This document shows positions 1 to 10,319 of a DNA stretch of 64,000 nt, piece by piece. Source of the DNA: Candidatus Latescibacterota bacterium (GTDB lineage: Bacteria > Latescibacterota > UBA2968 > GCA-2709665); assembly GCA_965226795.1 (NCBI GenBank), contig CBDDDZ010000002.1, positions 384,001 to 448,000 on the forward strand. Reading direction: 5' to 3'. The notes below the pieces were generated by a model. The model did not search any database, was not told where the DNA came from, and saw nothing but the letters and a program-made list of their open reading frames with translations. Numbering within the stretch: the stretch's first letter is position 1; the number at the start of each line of letters is the position of its first letter. The translations under genes and the position numbers were made by a program.

Positions 1-302
1 CAATTTCGTCGGAATCACGGCCGTGCTTCAGACCGTTGTCCTTTTCGGAATCGCCATGGAGGCGCAATCCTCAACGGGCGCAGCGATGGATTTGCGTACT
101 CTGGACGACGCGTTTGCATATGTAGAACTCGACGAGCCAATAGGCTCGACGGGTCTTTTTATCAAACCAATTGAACCATGGCAACGTGGACCTGGAAATT
201 AACCTCTACATGAGCAAGGGCGGGCTGCAAATGGAGTTCGTCAACACAAGAGAGAACAGCACGCAGCGCAATACAGTCCCCTGGAAGGATCTGCTGAAGT
301 AG
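1..302 (+). other. Possible 3' fragment of a hypothetical CDS, perhaps frameshifted near 165-200
   Basis: An open frame runs from the window edge to a TAA near 200. An overlapping frame (HGNVDLEINLYMSKGGLQMEF...WKDLLK*) ends at TAG 300-302. No recognisable motif. Confidence 0.25.
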
Positions 303-407
303 TAGGCTGGTGGATTGAGGTGTGCACGGTGAGATTCGGTTCGAGCGGCTGTTTAGGACGGAAGGCGGAATTCGAGGAAGTTATCCCCGATCACATTACG
401 TGGGAGA

Positions 408-424
408 TGTCGCAATTTGCGACA
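408..424. promoter_or_regulatory. Palindromic operator TGTCGCA-N3-TGCGACA, candidate sigma54 activator binding site
   Basis: Perfect inverted repeat TGTCGCAATTTGCGACA, with degenerate copies at 2815-2831 and 2834-2850. Confidence 0.5.
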
Positions 425-632
425 CTTGGCGTGTGTTTAAGAGAAATGACAACCGCGACGTCGTAAGGGGCGGTTTTGCCCGGTCCCTGTAAGGAAGCGC
501 GGGGGCCCGCGCAGGGAACGGGAGGCGTGCCGGGTACCGGGCTGAGAGGGGAGAGAGCCAGATTCTGTGTCGAAGGCGAGATGCCATCGATGCATCGTGA
601 GGAGGCCTCCCAGCCCGGATGCCGTGCGGGAT

Positions 633-2576
633 TCAATCTCCGTAAAGATTGTATTTTTTCAGTTTGCGATGCAGGGTCGACCGATGGATGCCCAGGGCCT
701 GTGCGGCCCGCGTAATGTTGTCGCCAGCGGCTTCCAGTGCCAGGAGCAGGGCCTGTCGCTCCACCTCGGCGAGAGGAAGGATCGCCGTTGGCGCGGCGCG
801 GTCGTGTCCGGACGCAATGGCCGGAGACAGCTGTGGCGGCAGATTGCCCGCCTGAATCACCGGTGACGCCTCTAACAGCACGGCGCGTTCGATGGCGTTT
901 TCCAGTTCGCGTACGTTTCCCGGCCAGTTGAACTGTAGCAACAGGCGCAGAGCGGCGCTGGAAATGCCTTTAATGGGCTTGTTCAGGCGTTTCGTGTATT
1001 TCTCGAGGAAGTGTTCGGCAAGCACGGGAATATCCTCTCGCCGGTTTCTGAGCGGCGGAATCATGATGGGAAAGGCCGCAACGCGATAAAACAGATCTTC
1101 GCGGAACTCGCCGGTCTTTACCGCGCGGTCCAAGTCTTTGTTGGTTGCAGTAATCACCCGGATGTCGACGGATAATGGAGTTGTTCCACCGATCCGCTGG
1201 ACTTCCCGCTCCTGCAAAACGCGCAATAGCTTGCCCTGAAGGGCGTACGGCAGGTCGCCGATTTCGTCAATGAGAATGGTGCCGCCGTCCGCGCGCTCAA
1301 AGGCCCCGATTCTCCGTGTGGTTGCGCCGGTGAAAGTTCCTTTTTCATGTCCGAATAACTCGCTCTCCATGAGCGTTTCGGGTATGGTGGTGCAATCGAG
1401 TGCCACGAACGGGCCCTTTTTTCGCGAACTGTTGAAGTGAAACGACCTGGCCACCAGTTCTTTGCCGGTGCCGCTTTCGCCCCGGATCAGCACGGTAATG
1501 TCGCTTTCCGCGGCCTGTTTCATGAGCGCGTACACTCGCCGTATACCTCGGCTGGTTCCTACCATCCCGGCAAAGGAATAAGTCGTTTCCAATTCGGTGC
1601 GCAGGCGCAGTACCTCGGCCTTCATTTGCGCGGCATCGATTTCCCGCGACACGTCCCGATATAAGACGAGGTTGCCGATTACATGTCCCCGTTCGTCGCT
1701 CACCGATGCGGTTGAACGGTAGAACAGCCGTTGCTTCGGCAGCCCGCCGGCGCCGGTTGTTTCCACCACGTCGCCGTCGTCGAGGAGAAACCTGCTCTCG
1801 ATGTGGCTAAGGTCGGGTTTCCGGAACCGCTTCTTGAAACGTGCCGCGAGATCGCCCGGCCGAATACCCGCCATGTCGATCCCCTGGAGACCCAACAGGT
1901 TCTCGAACATCTCGTTGGCGAAAACAAGGCGTCCGGCAGCGTCGTGCATTGCAATAGCGTCGCCGGTCGCGTTGAGCACCGCTTCCAGTCGGCCATGACT
2001 GGCGGCGAGTTGTCGCCGTTTTTCCGCCAACTCCTGTTCGACGTTCCATTTTCCCACGAGGGAGAGTGTAATCTGCTGAATTTCCTCGTGGGTAAAAGGC
2101 TTTCTTATATACAGCAGCTTGTGCAGCAAATCCATTTCGTAGACGATTTTGGGCAACGACATATCGGTGTACGCTGTCATAATGACGATTTCGATTTTGC
2201 GATCGATTTCCCTCACGCGGCGCACAGTCTCGATTCCGTCGATTCCCGGTGGCATTCTGATGTCAATGTATGCCACGGCAACAGGCTTATTCGATTCCCT
2301 TCCCGCCCGGATGATGTCATATGCTTCCTGCCCGTTGCTCGCATGCAGCAACTCGAACTCCGGGAGATAACTGCCTTCCTGCTCCCGCACGAACGCAGCC
2401 GCCAGATCGTCAGTCGACGGTATCGCGACATTGGTACAGAGCATTTCCACAAAGTCGTCGTGTATCTCGGGCTGATCATCGACGATTAGAACGCGGTTAT
2501 TTCCGTGATTAAAGGGTTCCATCGACCACCTTCGTCCCCTGCCGGTTGACAAGTTACCTGAAAACGATACACTCAT
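633..2576 (-). CDS. Sigma54-dependent response regulator (REC-PAS-AAA+-Fis HTH, NtrC family)
   Basis: RVLIVDD..YIDIRMP receiver, PAS-like segment, Walker A GESGTGKE, GTFTGA variant of GAFTGA, WPGNVREL, C-terminal HTH. Alternative start at 2522. Confidence 0.95.
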   Translation of the reverse strand: MSVSFSGNLSTGRGRRWSMEPFNHGNNRVLIVDDQPEIHDDFVEMLCTNVAIPSTDDLAAAFVREQEGSYLPEFELLHASNGQEAYDIIRAGRESNKPVAVAYIDIRMPPGIDGIETVRRVREIDRKIEIVIMTAYTDMSLPKIVYEMDLLHKLLYIRKPFTHEEIQQITLSLVGKWNVEQELAEKRRQLAASHGRLEAVLNATGDAIAMHDAAGRLVFANEMFENLLGLQGIDMAGIRPGDLAARFKKRFRKPDLSHIESRFLLDDGDVVETTGAGGLPKQRLFYRSTASVSDERGHVIGNLVLYRDVSREIDAAQMKAEVLRLRTELETTYSFAGMVGTSRGIRRVYALMKQAAESDITVLIRGESGTGKELVARSFHFNSSRKKGPFVALDCTTIPETLMESELFGHEKGTFTGATTRRIGAFERADGGTILIDEIGDLPYALQGKLLRVLQEREVQRIGGTTPLSVDIRVITATNKDLDRAVKTGEFREDLFYRVAAFPIMIPPLRNRREDIPVLAEHFLEKYTKRLNKPIKGISSAALRLLLQFNWPGNVRELENAIERAVLLEASPVIQAGNLPPQLSPAIASGHDRAAPTAILPLAEVERQALLLALEAAGDNITRAAQALGIHRSTLHRKLKKYNLYGD

Positions 2577-2603
2577 GTCTCATCCTGCCCTTCGCGGTTT
2601 ATC

Positions 2604-2618
2604 GCACAATCTGTGCCA
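2604..2618 (-). promoter_or_regulatory. Sigma54 -24/-12 promoter
   Basis: Minus strand TGGCACAGATTGTGC (GG-N10-GC), about 30 nt upstream of the 2576 start. IHF-like TTTCAATAATTTA at 2636-2648. Confidence 0.65.
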
Positions 2619-2814
2619 ACTATTTCTAAAGTAACTAAATTATTGAAATTAATGGAGTTAGAATATATGGGCGATTCACGGCCAATCTTCCGAATGTTGT
2701 ATAATGCGTCGCCGCAGACCGTCACAATGGCGGTGTGCCAACCATGACAAATAGGCCATAAATAGCTGTTTGAAAATGATTTATGAGAATCACTATCGGA
2801 AAATACTCACTGGA

Positions 2815-2850
2815 TGTAGCATTTTGCAACTGAAGTCGCTATTTGCAACG
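2815..2850. promoter_or_regulatory. Tandem upstream activator sites (candidate enhancer)
   Basis: TGTAGCATTTTGCAACT and AGTCGCTATTTGCAACG start 19 bp apart, about 200 bp upstream of the sigma54 promoter, and resemble the 408-424 palindrome. Confidence 0.5.
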
Positions 2851-3081
2851 CCACGGTTGGGCTTTCCGCATGGAAATCTGATTGCGAACCCACGTTGTCC
2901 CGTGCCCGGTGCCGGAGCCACCCGTATCCGGGGGAGGAGACTTCGGGGTGCGCACGCCAATACCGCTTCCACCGGAGACTCCCGTGGCGAATATGATGTT
3001 CATGCTTCCGATTCTGTGGGGTCATCGGCGCGTTCGTTCGTCATGGGCCGGATTCGAGCGTAAGGGGCCGCTTTTCGGGGG

Positions 3082-5241
3082 CTATCCAGCTGCCACGTGC
3101 GGGATCACTGCAGAAAGAGGCAGCTGGACGCGCATGGTCGTTCCATTGCCTTTGCCTTCGCTCAACGGTTCGATTCGTCCACCGGAAGCAATGACGAAGT
3201 TGGCGGCCGAATGGAGACCGAGACCGCTCCCCGATTTTTTCGTCGTAAATCCCGCGGTAAAAAACATCCGGGTGTCTTTGTTCTCGATACCGATGCCGTT
3301 GTCGATTACTTCAAGGTTAAGGAAGCCTTCCGAGGCGCAGGCCCTTATCCTGATGCGGGGCGCTTCCTGTAGTCCGAATAAAACGGCATGTTCGTCGATG
3401 GCTTCGATCGAATTCTTGACCAGGTTGACCAGCATCTGGTGAAACTGGCTTTCACGGATGCGAATCTCCTGCGGCGCGTTCCCGCAGTCGACGTCGGTCT
3501 GGATCCCCCTTTTATTGAGGGAATCTTTCAATACCCTGAAAGCACCCGAGAGTGCATCGTAGAGGTCGATATCTTTTCGATCCATATCGGAACCGTCGAG
3601 GGCCTTTTGGGTGCGGATGATATCGGCGATTCGATTGGCACGATCCCTGACGCGTCCGACCGTTTTCATCAGTTCGTCGTTCCGACGGCCAAAGTCTTCC
3701 GCGAGCTTTATAATGAACGGCATCACCTTTCGACCCTGCGGGTCGTTTGCGATGTAGTCGACCCAATCGGTCCGGCGAGCGTCTATAGCACGGGCGAGTG
3801 CGAAGAGACGGCGACCGGCACGGTCATTCTCAAGATTCCTGCGCACAGTTTCGATTCCCGTCGTGACACTGTTCATCGCGTTGCCAATGTTGTGGAGAAT
3901 GGTATCGACCATCTCCAACCGCCCCTGGTCGAATGCCCGCGCCAATGCCTCGTCGGCGAGCACCCGCTCGGTAACGTCACGGAATATGACCACGCTGCCC
4001 CTGATTTCGCCCATGTTGTCGAGAAGTGGCCGTCCGCTCATCCGGATGTAGACACCGTCAGGCTTTTTCCTGTTCCGTATGAAGACGTCTTCTTCATCCG
4101 TGGATTCGCCCCGGTGTATGGCTCGGATGAGGGGTAGGTCCTCAATCTTCATGGGTGTTTCACGATCAGGGAAGTATACACCGTAACCTTCAGCACATTC
4201 GTCCTGAAAGCCATCCTTTAGGTCCATGCCGACTATCTGTCGAGCCCCTGGGTTTACGTAGAGGAACTTCCCCGCGGTATCCGTGACAATGATGCCGTCG
4301 TTGATACTCTTGAAAGTGGTCTCCACGAGTTCGCTCTGATCGCGCAATTCCCGGATCGTCGTCTCCAGTACTGCGGCCGCCTTTTTCTGCATGGCGATCG
4401 ATCGTTCCAATTCGGCCTCCGCCTGTTTGAGCATTGTAACGTCGCGGATGACGGCCACACCGCCTTTTACAGATCCCGCTTTATCCAACACGGGTCGCGC
4501 GCTGACGCTGATATGAACGCCTTCGGGCCTCTGTTCGTTGCGAATCAGCAACTCGGTTTCTTCGGTGGACTCGCCTCTGCAGGCAAGCACCAGCGGATTC
4601 AGATCCTCGCTCAGAATGGTTTGTCCGTCGGCCTGAAAGACCCCGTATTTTTCGGGCCACCTGGCGATATCTTTTTCCAGGGGATGGTCGCCGGCGATGC
4701 GTAGCCCGCTTGAATTATGAAATAGAACCGTACCGTCTTCGTTGATGGAAAACACGCCCTCACTCATGCTGTTGAAGACGGTCTCCATGAGTTCAGCATG
4801 ATGTTTCGATTCACCGATGGTTCGTTCCAGACCGATTCGAGTCTCTCGGTGTTTGTGTTCCCTCTCGTGCATGGAGACTGCGGTCTGGATGTTCAGGTGG
4901 AGTTGCCCAGCGTCGAAAGGCTTAAGCACGTAGCCGTACGGATTCGTTGCCTGCGCGCGTTCAAACAGATCTCCCCGGGTGGTGTCAGTCAGGTACACGA
5001 CGGGTACATCGTGCCGGCCGCCAAGCAGTTCGGCGACTTCAGGACCGGTTTGGTCCCCGACAAGCCCGAGATTGACCAGCGCCAGGTCGGGTCGGGCGTT
5101 CGCGGCGATTTCGACAGCCTCGCGCGAGCCCTCAACCGTCGCGGATACTGTGTATCCCATATTCTTCAGGCATTCCCCCAAATCCCTTGCCAGGGTCTGG
5201 TCGTGTTCTACAATCAGAATCTTTGGAATTGGATTCGACAT
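3082..5241 (-). CDS. Cytoplasmic sensor histidine kinase: degenerate receiver, 2 PAS domains, HisKA/HATPase
   Basis: KILIVE..YVLKP receiver, two PAS/PAC-like repeats, H-box ILHNIGN, NLVKNS, DNGIGI, TTKKSGSGLGL. Start MSNPIPK at 5241 preferred over 5370. Confidence 0.92.
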   Translation of the reverse strand: MSNPIPKILIVEHDQTLARDLGECLKNMGYTVSATVEGSREAVEIAANARPDLALVNLGLVGDQTGPEVAELLGGRHDVPVVYLTDTTRGDLFERAQATNPYGYVLKPFDAGQLHLNIQTAVSMHEREHKHRETRIGLERTIGESKHHAELMETVFNSMSEGVFSINEDGTVLFHNSSGLRIAGDHPLEKDIARWPEKYGVFQADGQTILSEDLNPLVLACRGESTEETELLIRNEQRPEGVHISVSARPVLDKAGSVKGGVAVIRDVTMLKQAEAELERSIAMQKKAAAVLETTIRELRDQSELVETTFKSINDGIIVTDTAGKFLYVNPGARQIVGMDLKDGFQDECAEGYGVYFPDRETPMKIEDLPLIRAIHRGESTDEEDVFIRNRKKPDGVYIRMSGRPLLDNMGEIRGSVVIFRDVTERVLADEALARAFDQGRLEMVDTILHNIGNAMNSVTTGIETVRRNLENDRAGRRLFALARAIDARRTDWVDYIANDPQGRKVMPFIIKLAEDFGRRNDELMKTVGRVRDRANRIADIIRTQKALDGSDMDRKDIDLYDALSGAFRVLKDSLNKRGIQTDVDCGNAPQEIRIRESQFHQMLVNLVKNSIEAIDEHAVLFGLQEAPRIRIRACASEGFLNLEVIDNGIGIENKDTRMFFTAGFTTKKSGSGLGLHSAANFVIASGGRIEPLSEGKGNGTTMRVQLPLSAVIPHVAAG

Positions 5242-5436
5242 ACCTTGCACTTTCTCTATTGGCTTGTCGTATTCGCGGGTGAATCGATGCCGGCGCCCAA
5301 CGTGGTTTTGAACCTCACCGGTCGGAACGCCAGGACAAAACGCATGCGTACGTAACAAGGGCGCCGCCAAACTCGTACGCCTTCCTGACGCCGCCCTGGC
5401 CTACGCATCTAACACCGCCCCGCCCCGACCCCACCC

Positions 5437-6669
5437 TCATTCCGCCTGCGGCTTTTCCCAGGACACCCGCATCCCCCGCTTTCGAAATTCGGCAATATGC
5501 GTATCGATTGACTCCCTCGAAAGGGGATTGCCGCGGACAAACAGCCTCCCCAGGTTGTTGAGCCCGGAAAGGGCGGATATGTCCATGACGCGGTTTTGGC
5601 CAAGATTCAGGGTTTCCAGGTTAACCAGCCCAAGCAAAGACTTTACGTCGCTGATGGCGTTGTTGTTGAGATACAGGTACTCGAGATTGGTCAACCCGGA
5701 TAGGGGCGACAGGTCCGTAATGCCGTTATGCCCAAGATACAGCCTTTTCGGGTTTCTCAACCCCGCCAGGGGCCGTAAGTCGCTGATGCCGTTCCTGTCA
5801 ACGTACAGCCGGGTCAGATTGGTCAATCCCGACAGGGGCGCCAGGTCACTGATGCCGTTTCTATCCAGGTCCAGTTCTTTCAGGTTCTTCAACCCGGACA
5901 GAGGTTTCAGGTCACTGATCCCGTTGCTGTCGAGACGCAGTCCCGCCAGATTGGTTAGTCCCGACAGGGGCTCCAGATCGCTGATACCGTTGCCGTCAAG
6001 GTCCAGTTCTTTCAGGTTTTTTAGCCCGGACAGAGGTTTCAGGTCACTGATCCCGTTGCCTTCGAGGCGCAGCCCCGTCAGGCTCGTCAGCCCGGACAGG
6101 GGTGAGAGGTCGCTGATCCCATTATTGTCGAGATCCAGTTCCTTCAAATTCTTCAGTGAGGACAGAGGCGTTATTTCACTGATGCCATTGCCTTCAAGAC
6201 GCAACCTTTTCAGGTTGGTCAGCCCCGACAGGGGCGAGACGTCACTGATGCCGTTATCAGCCAGATACAGCCTTTCGAGGTTTTTTAACTCGGATAGAGG
6301 CGTTATGTCGTTGATCCGATTGCACTCAAGACGCAGCCTTTTCAAGTTCTCCAGCCCGGCCAGGGGAGTAAGATCGCTGATGTCGTTGGCGTCAAGATTC
6401 AGCACGACCAGGTTCTTTGTAAACTCAAGCCCGTCCAGGTGAACAATGCTGTCACGCTGCGCTGCCAGATGGGTTAGTCTTGCGAGGTCGCCCACGGTGA
6501 TCGGCTCACCGTCCGGCTTGTTCAGGGAATCCCGAACAACCGATCGCAAGCGGTCATCCGGAATCAACGAGTGTGTGGATTGGGGAGCCGGGGGTTGCGC
6601 GACCTGGCGCGGGCCGGCGCAACCGAACACGCCAAAAACGGCCATCATCAAAATGACTCTGCAGGACAT
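5437..6669 (-). CDS. Internalin-like leucine-rich-repeat lipoprotein
   Basis: Lipobox VFGC, IPDDRLRSVVRDSL cap, about 15 22-aa LRRs (LxxLxLxxNxIsDlxPLsgLxn). Confidence 0.93.
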   Translation of the reverse strand: MSCRVILMMAVFGVFGCAGPRQVAQPPAPQSTHSLIPDDRLRSVVRDSLNKPDGEPITVGDLARLTHLAAQRDSIVHLDGLEFTKNLVVLNLDANDISDLTPLAGLENLKRLRLECNRINDITPLSELKNLERLYLADNGISDVSPLSGLTNLKRLRLEGNGISEITPLSSLKNLKELDLDNNGISDLSPLSGLTSLTGLRLEGNGISDLKPLSGLKNLKELDLDGNGISDLEPLSGLTNLAGLRLDSNGISDLKPLSGLKNLKELDLDRNGISDLAPLSGLTNLTRLYVDRNGISDLRPLAGLRNPKRLYLGHNGITDLSPLSGLTNLEYLYLNNNAISDVKSLLGLVNLETLNLGQNRVMDISALSGLNNLGRLFVRGNPLSRESIDTHIAEFRKRGMRVSWEKPQAE

Positions 6670-6733
6670 GATTTACCTTATATAAACTTCTGTTTCGCCG
6701 CAACGTAGGTATTGCGGCCGATAGATCAGACAC

Positions 6734-7226
6734 AGTTGTGCCTACTCGATCCCGGAAGGCGGGGCATCCGGCAAGCGGCTTGTCTGAGCGGGGAAACGCC
6801 TGGTCGTACAGCTTCCGCGGCCGCGCGGGATACGGGCGTAGTTGTGCCCACTCGATCCCGGTAACCGGGGTCTCCGCGATCACAGATGCGTACGCCGAAC
6901 TGTGAAGAGATGGTTAGGCTGAAGATTCGCCTGTGAAGATACGGTGAAAGCGAGGCGTTTACAAACCAAAACCGGAACGGCCCGGGCCGTTCGGTATCGG
7001 GCCGACTGAACAGCGGGAGAAGGGGTCTGGTGGGGAAGTGGCAACATGGGAGAGGGGAGGTGCGCGCCTCTCCGCAATCGACTTGCCAGGCCACTGAGGA
7101 AGCATTTACGAGGGTGGGGCAGACATTCCTGTCTGCCCGTAACATTGCACTTCTCCCCCAATGCAGACAAACGAAAAGCCGGCGCTGCCCCACGTGATTC
7201 TGGTACAGTCGTGCCCACTCGATTCC
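6734..7226 (+). repeat. Three ~20-22-bp direct repeats AGTYGTGCCYACTCGATYCC(GG)
   Basis: Copies at 6734-6755, 6840-6861 and 7207-7226. Confidence 0.7.
7114..7137 (+). repeat. REP element GTGGGGCAGACATTCCTGTCTGCC
   Basis: Identical copy at 15584-15607 with similar flanks. Imperfect palindrome. Confidence 0.8.
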
Positions 7227-7317
7227 TAAATGCAGGGACCCGGCTTTCGAGGCATCGCGTTGTTCAGCCGCAACCCGATGGATGAAAGTGAACGTGCCAA
7301 CCCATTTGAAGGTCCAA

Positions 7318-7740
7318 TCACTCCCCCCTTGAGGGGGAGTCGCCTGCCTGCGTCCGCAGGACAGGCAGGTAGAAGCCGAGCCGGACCCCTGAGCCTGCCT
7401 GCATTGAGCTTGTCGAAATGTCGGAAAAATGCAGCGTTAATTTTTCTTTCTCGCCGCCACGGAAATAATCCGACTCAAAAATAACGGTCAAAGACTTGGG
7501 TCCAATTGTTTCGATTTTACCTTCGATCACTTCACTTTTGATCGGTGCATGTATACCCTCGCGAATCTTAATCCTTGCGCGCATGCCCTCTGTGAGTTTC
7601 CCCAGAACCTGGTCTCGCATCGTAGCCTGTCTGTCATCCCCGGGGACAACGTTCGTGCGTGCCAGGGGTTTCCAGGTACTGCATCCGACTGTCTGTAACG
7701 CAATCGCAACAATCAAGACGATACTCATGGCGCGTGTCAT
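7318..7740 (-). pseudogene. Tandem lipoprotein array copy 1, 3' end replaced by palindromic repeat insertions
   Basis: Same N-terminus (AIALQTVGCSTW). Homology stops after LHFSDI, and the C-terminal hydrophobic helix is replaced by REP-like palindromes at 7320-7416. Confidence 0.75.
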
Positions 7741-7902
7741 CTTTCAGCCTCCTCCCAATTTGAGACGGCGACAGAATTGTCCAAGGTCACACGGGCGGTT
7801 ATCCTTCCGGCTATCGGAAACCACGAAATCATCCTCATGGGTTGGTCCCTATTTGCGCAGGTCGCCAAATATGCGCTTCAGGTGTTCCAAGCAACTGTCT
7901 TG

Positions 7903-8350
7903 TTAGTCAAGCGTGAGCTGAGAAAATCCATAGACAATAAGGACAATAATCACCATCGCTCCGACCGCAAAGCCCTCCACAAACGCACCACGTTCACGAT
8001 TGGATTCACGATATTCGATGCTCGCGATGTCAGAATAGTGCAACGTTAACTTCCGACTGACATTACCCGGGGCATAAAACGACATTGGGGTTACTGTCAG
8101 CGATGTTAGCCCGATTTTTTCAATAATACAGTCGATAACTCGACCCTTGATCGACAAATGGGTACCCTCAAGGATCCTTAGCCTTACAGCCATCCCTTCT
8201 TTGAGCTTCCCCAGAACCTGGTCTCGCATCGAAGACTGTCTGTCATCCTCGGTGACCTCGTTCGCGCGAGCCACGGGTCGCCAGGTGGCTGCATCCGACC
8301 GTCTGCAGCGCAATCGTTACGATCAGGACGATATTGATGGCGCGCATCAT
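7903..8350 (-). pseudogene. Tandem lipoprotein array copy 2, +1 frameshift just after the lipobox Cys
   Basis: ATG at 8350 gives MMRAINIVLIVTIALQTVGCS, then one extra base at ~8287. Span 448 = 3n+1. Confidence 0.8.
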
Positions 8351-8508
8351 ATCAAAAGCTCCTCACTTCATTACAACGTGGCGGCGTTGTTCCAGACCCT
8401 AGGGGCCGTTCGCGACGAAATGGAAACACCGGATCGAAGTTCGTGGGACGGTCGCGATTGGCGTGGGTCGCCATATCTGCCCTTTGCATGTTCCGGGCAG
8501 TTTTTTTG

Positions 8509-8946
8509 TTAGAGTTGAGAAAATCCATAGAGAATAAGGACAAAAATCACCATCGCTCCGGCTGCTACGCCCCCCACAAACGCACCACGTTCACGATTGG
8601 ATTCACGATATTCGATGCTCGCGATGTCAGAATAATCCAGCGTTAACGTCCGAACGATATTACCGGGGGCATAAAAGGTCGTAGGGGTTACTGTCAGCGA
8701 TGTTGGCCCGATTTTTTCAATAATACAGTCGATAACTCGACCCTTGATCGGCAAATGGGTACCCTCGAGGATCCTTATCCTTACGGCCATCCCTTCATTG
8801 AGCTTCCCGAAAACATGGTCTCGCACCGATGACTGTCGGTCATCGTCCGCAGACTTGGCCACGCGAACCACCGGTCGCCATGTACTGCATCCAGCTGTCT
8901 GCAGCGCAATCGCTGCGATCAGGACGATACTGATGGCGCGTGTCAT
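8509..8946 (-). CDS. Tandem lipoprotein array copy 3 (hypothetical lipoprotein, C-terminal TM helix)
   Basis: RBS GAGGAGG, lipobox TAGC, paralogous to neighbours. Confidence 0.88.
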   Translation of the reverse strand: MTRAISIVLIAAIALQTAGCSTWRPVVRVAKSADDDRQSSVRDHVFGKLNEGMAVRIRILEGTHLPIKGRVIDCIIEKIGPTSLTVTPTTFYAPGNIVRTLTLDYSDIASIEYRESNRERGAFVGGVAAGAMVIFVLILYGFSQL

Positions 8947-9111
8947 TCTGCAGCCTCCTCATTATGAGACAGCGTTACAGCATCTTAACAAGCACGACGG
9001 GCAGTTCCCGATCGCGACGATGAGGAAACCCCGGACGGAAGATCGCGGGGTGGTCGCAAATGGGCTGCGCCGCGAGACCGGCACTTCAGGAGTTCCTGGA
9101 CAGTTGTTTTA

Positions 9112-9558
9112 TCAGTCCAACGTAATCCCTGAAAGTGCCCAAGCCACAAGTAATAAGCCCAATACCGCTCCGACTCCAACACCCGCCAAAAAAGCACGTA
9201 ATCCACCCTTCGATTCACGAAATTCAATGCTCTCAATGTCGGAATAATGCAATGTTAACTCCCGACTGACGTTACTGGGTGCATAGAACGTCATAGGGAT
9301 TACTGTAAACGACGTTTGACCGACCCTCTTTATGATTCCGTCGATAACTTCACCCGTGGTCGGCACACGTCTACCCTCGCGGATTCTTATCCTTACGCGC
9401 ATGCCCTCTTTGAGTTTCCCGGGGAATTGACCTTGTATCAAAGTCTGTTTGGCATTCTCGGGCACGTCGTTCAAGCGGGCCAGAGGTCGCCACGTACTGC
9501 ATCCGAAAGATTGCAGCGCAATCGTTACGATCAGGACGATACTGATGGCTCGTATCAA
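9112..9558 (-). CDS. Tandem lipoprotein array copy 4
   Basis: TTG start with RBS, SFGC lipobox, Gly-rich C-terminal helix. Confidence 0.88.
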   Translation of the reverse strand: MIRAISIVLIVTIALQSFGCSTWRPLARLNDVPENAKQTLIQGQFPGKLKEGMRVRIRIREGRRVPTTGEVIDGIIKRVGQTSFTVIPMTFYAPSNVSRELTLHYSDIESIEFRESKGGLRAFLAGVGVGAVLGLLLVAWALSGITLD

Positions 9559-9726
9559 TTTAAAGGCTCCTCACATTACAACTGAGTGGTGGAATTGTTC
9601 TGATCCACAGGGGCGATTCGACTTTGTAGCGGTAAGGGAACCCGGAGTTGAGGTTCGTGCAGTAGCCGCAAATGTAATGCGTCGGCATATTTGCCCTCGA
9701 GGTGTTCCGGGTAGTTGTTTCTCTAG

Positions 9727-10155
9727 TCAGAACAATGACAGTCCAATAACGAAGATAGCCAATATCGTTCCGACTGCTACGCCCCCGCCAAAAATAGCCA
9801 AGTCATTGGTGTCACGATATTCAATGCCGACGATGTCGGTATATGGCAACGTGAACGGCTTTTTTTCAGTATTACGTAAATAAAACGTGACAGGGGTTAC
9901 TGTCAGCGACGTTTCCCCGATCTTTTCAACAACACACTCGATAGCTCGACCCGTGATCGGTGCATGGGTACCCGCCCGAATTCTTATCCTTACGCGCATG
10001 CCCTCTTTGAGTTTCCCCAGAGCTTGTTCTCGCATAGAAGTCTGGTTGTTTTCCTCAGAGACCTCGTTCGCGCGAGCAAGGGGCCGCGTTGTAGTACAGC
10101 CGATTGTGTGTAACGCAATCGCTGCGATCAAGACGATGCTGATGGCGCGTATCAT
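9727..10155 (-). CDS. Tandem lipoprotein array copy 5
   Basis: RBS, TIGC lipobox, paralogy. Confidence 0.88.
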   Translation of the reverse strand: MIRAISIVLIAAIALHTIGCTTTRPLARANEVSEENNQTSMREQALGKLKEGMRVRIRIRAGTHAPITGRAIECVVEKIGETSLTVTPVTFYLRNTEKKPFTLPYTDIVGIEYRDTNDLAIFGGGVAVGTILAIFVIGLSLF

Positions 10156-10319
10156 TCTGTAGCCTCCTCATATAAATACAGCTGACGGCAAAGTTCAAAG
10201 CCACAGCGGCGGTTCGCCTTCGCGACGAAGAGGAAACCCCGGTCGGACGTTCGTGGGACGGTCGCGATTGGCGTTCCGCCGACACGGCGGCACTTCAAGT
10301 GTTCCGGGCAGTTGGCTTG

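Noticed and set aside
2726..2741. Second sigma54 promoter (TGGCAC on the minus strand)
   Set aside because: No GC at the -12 position.
6734..7226. CRISPR-like direct repeats
   Set aside because: Only three copies with irregular spacing (106 and 367 bp), and no cas genes.
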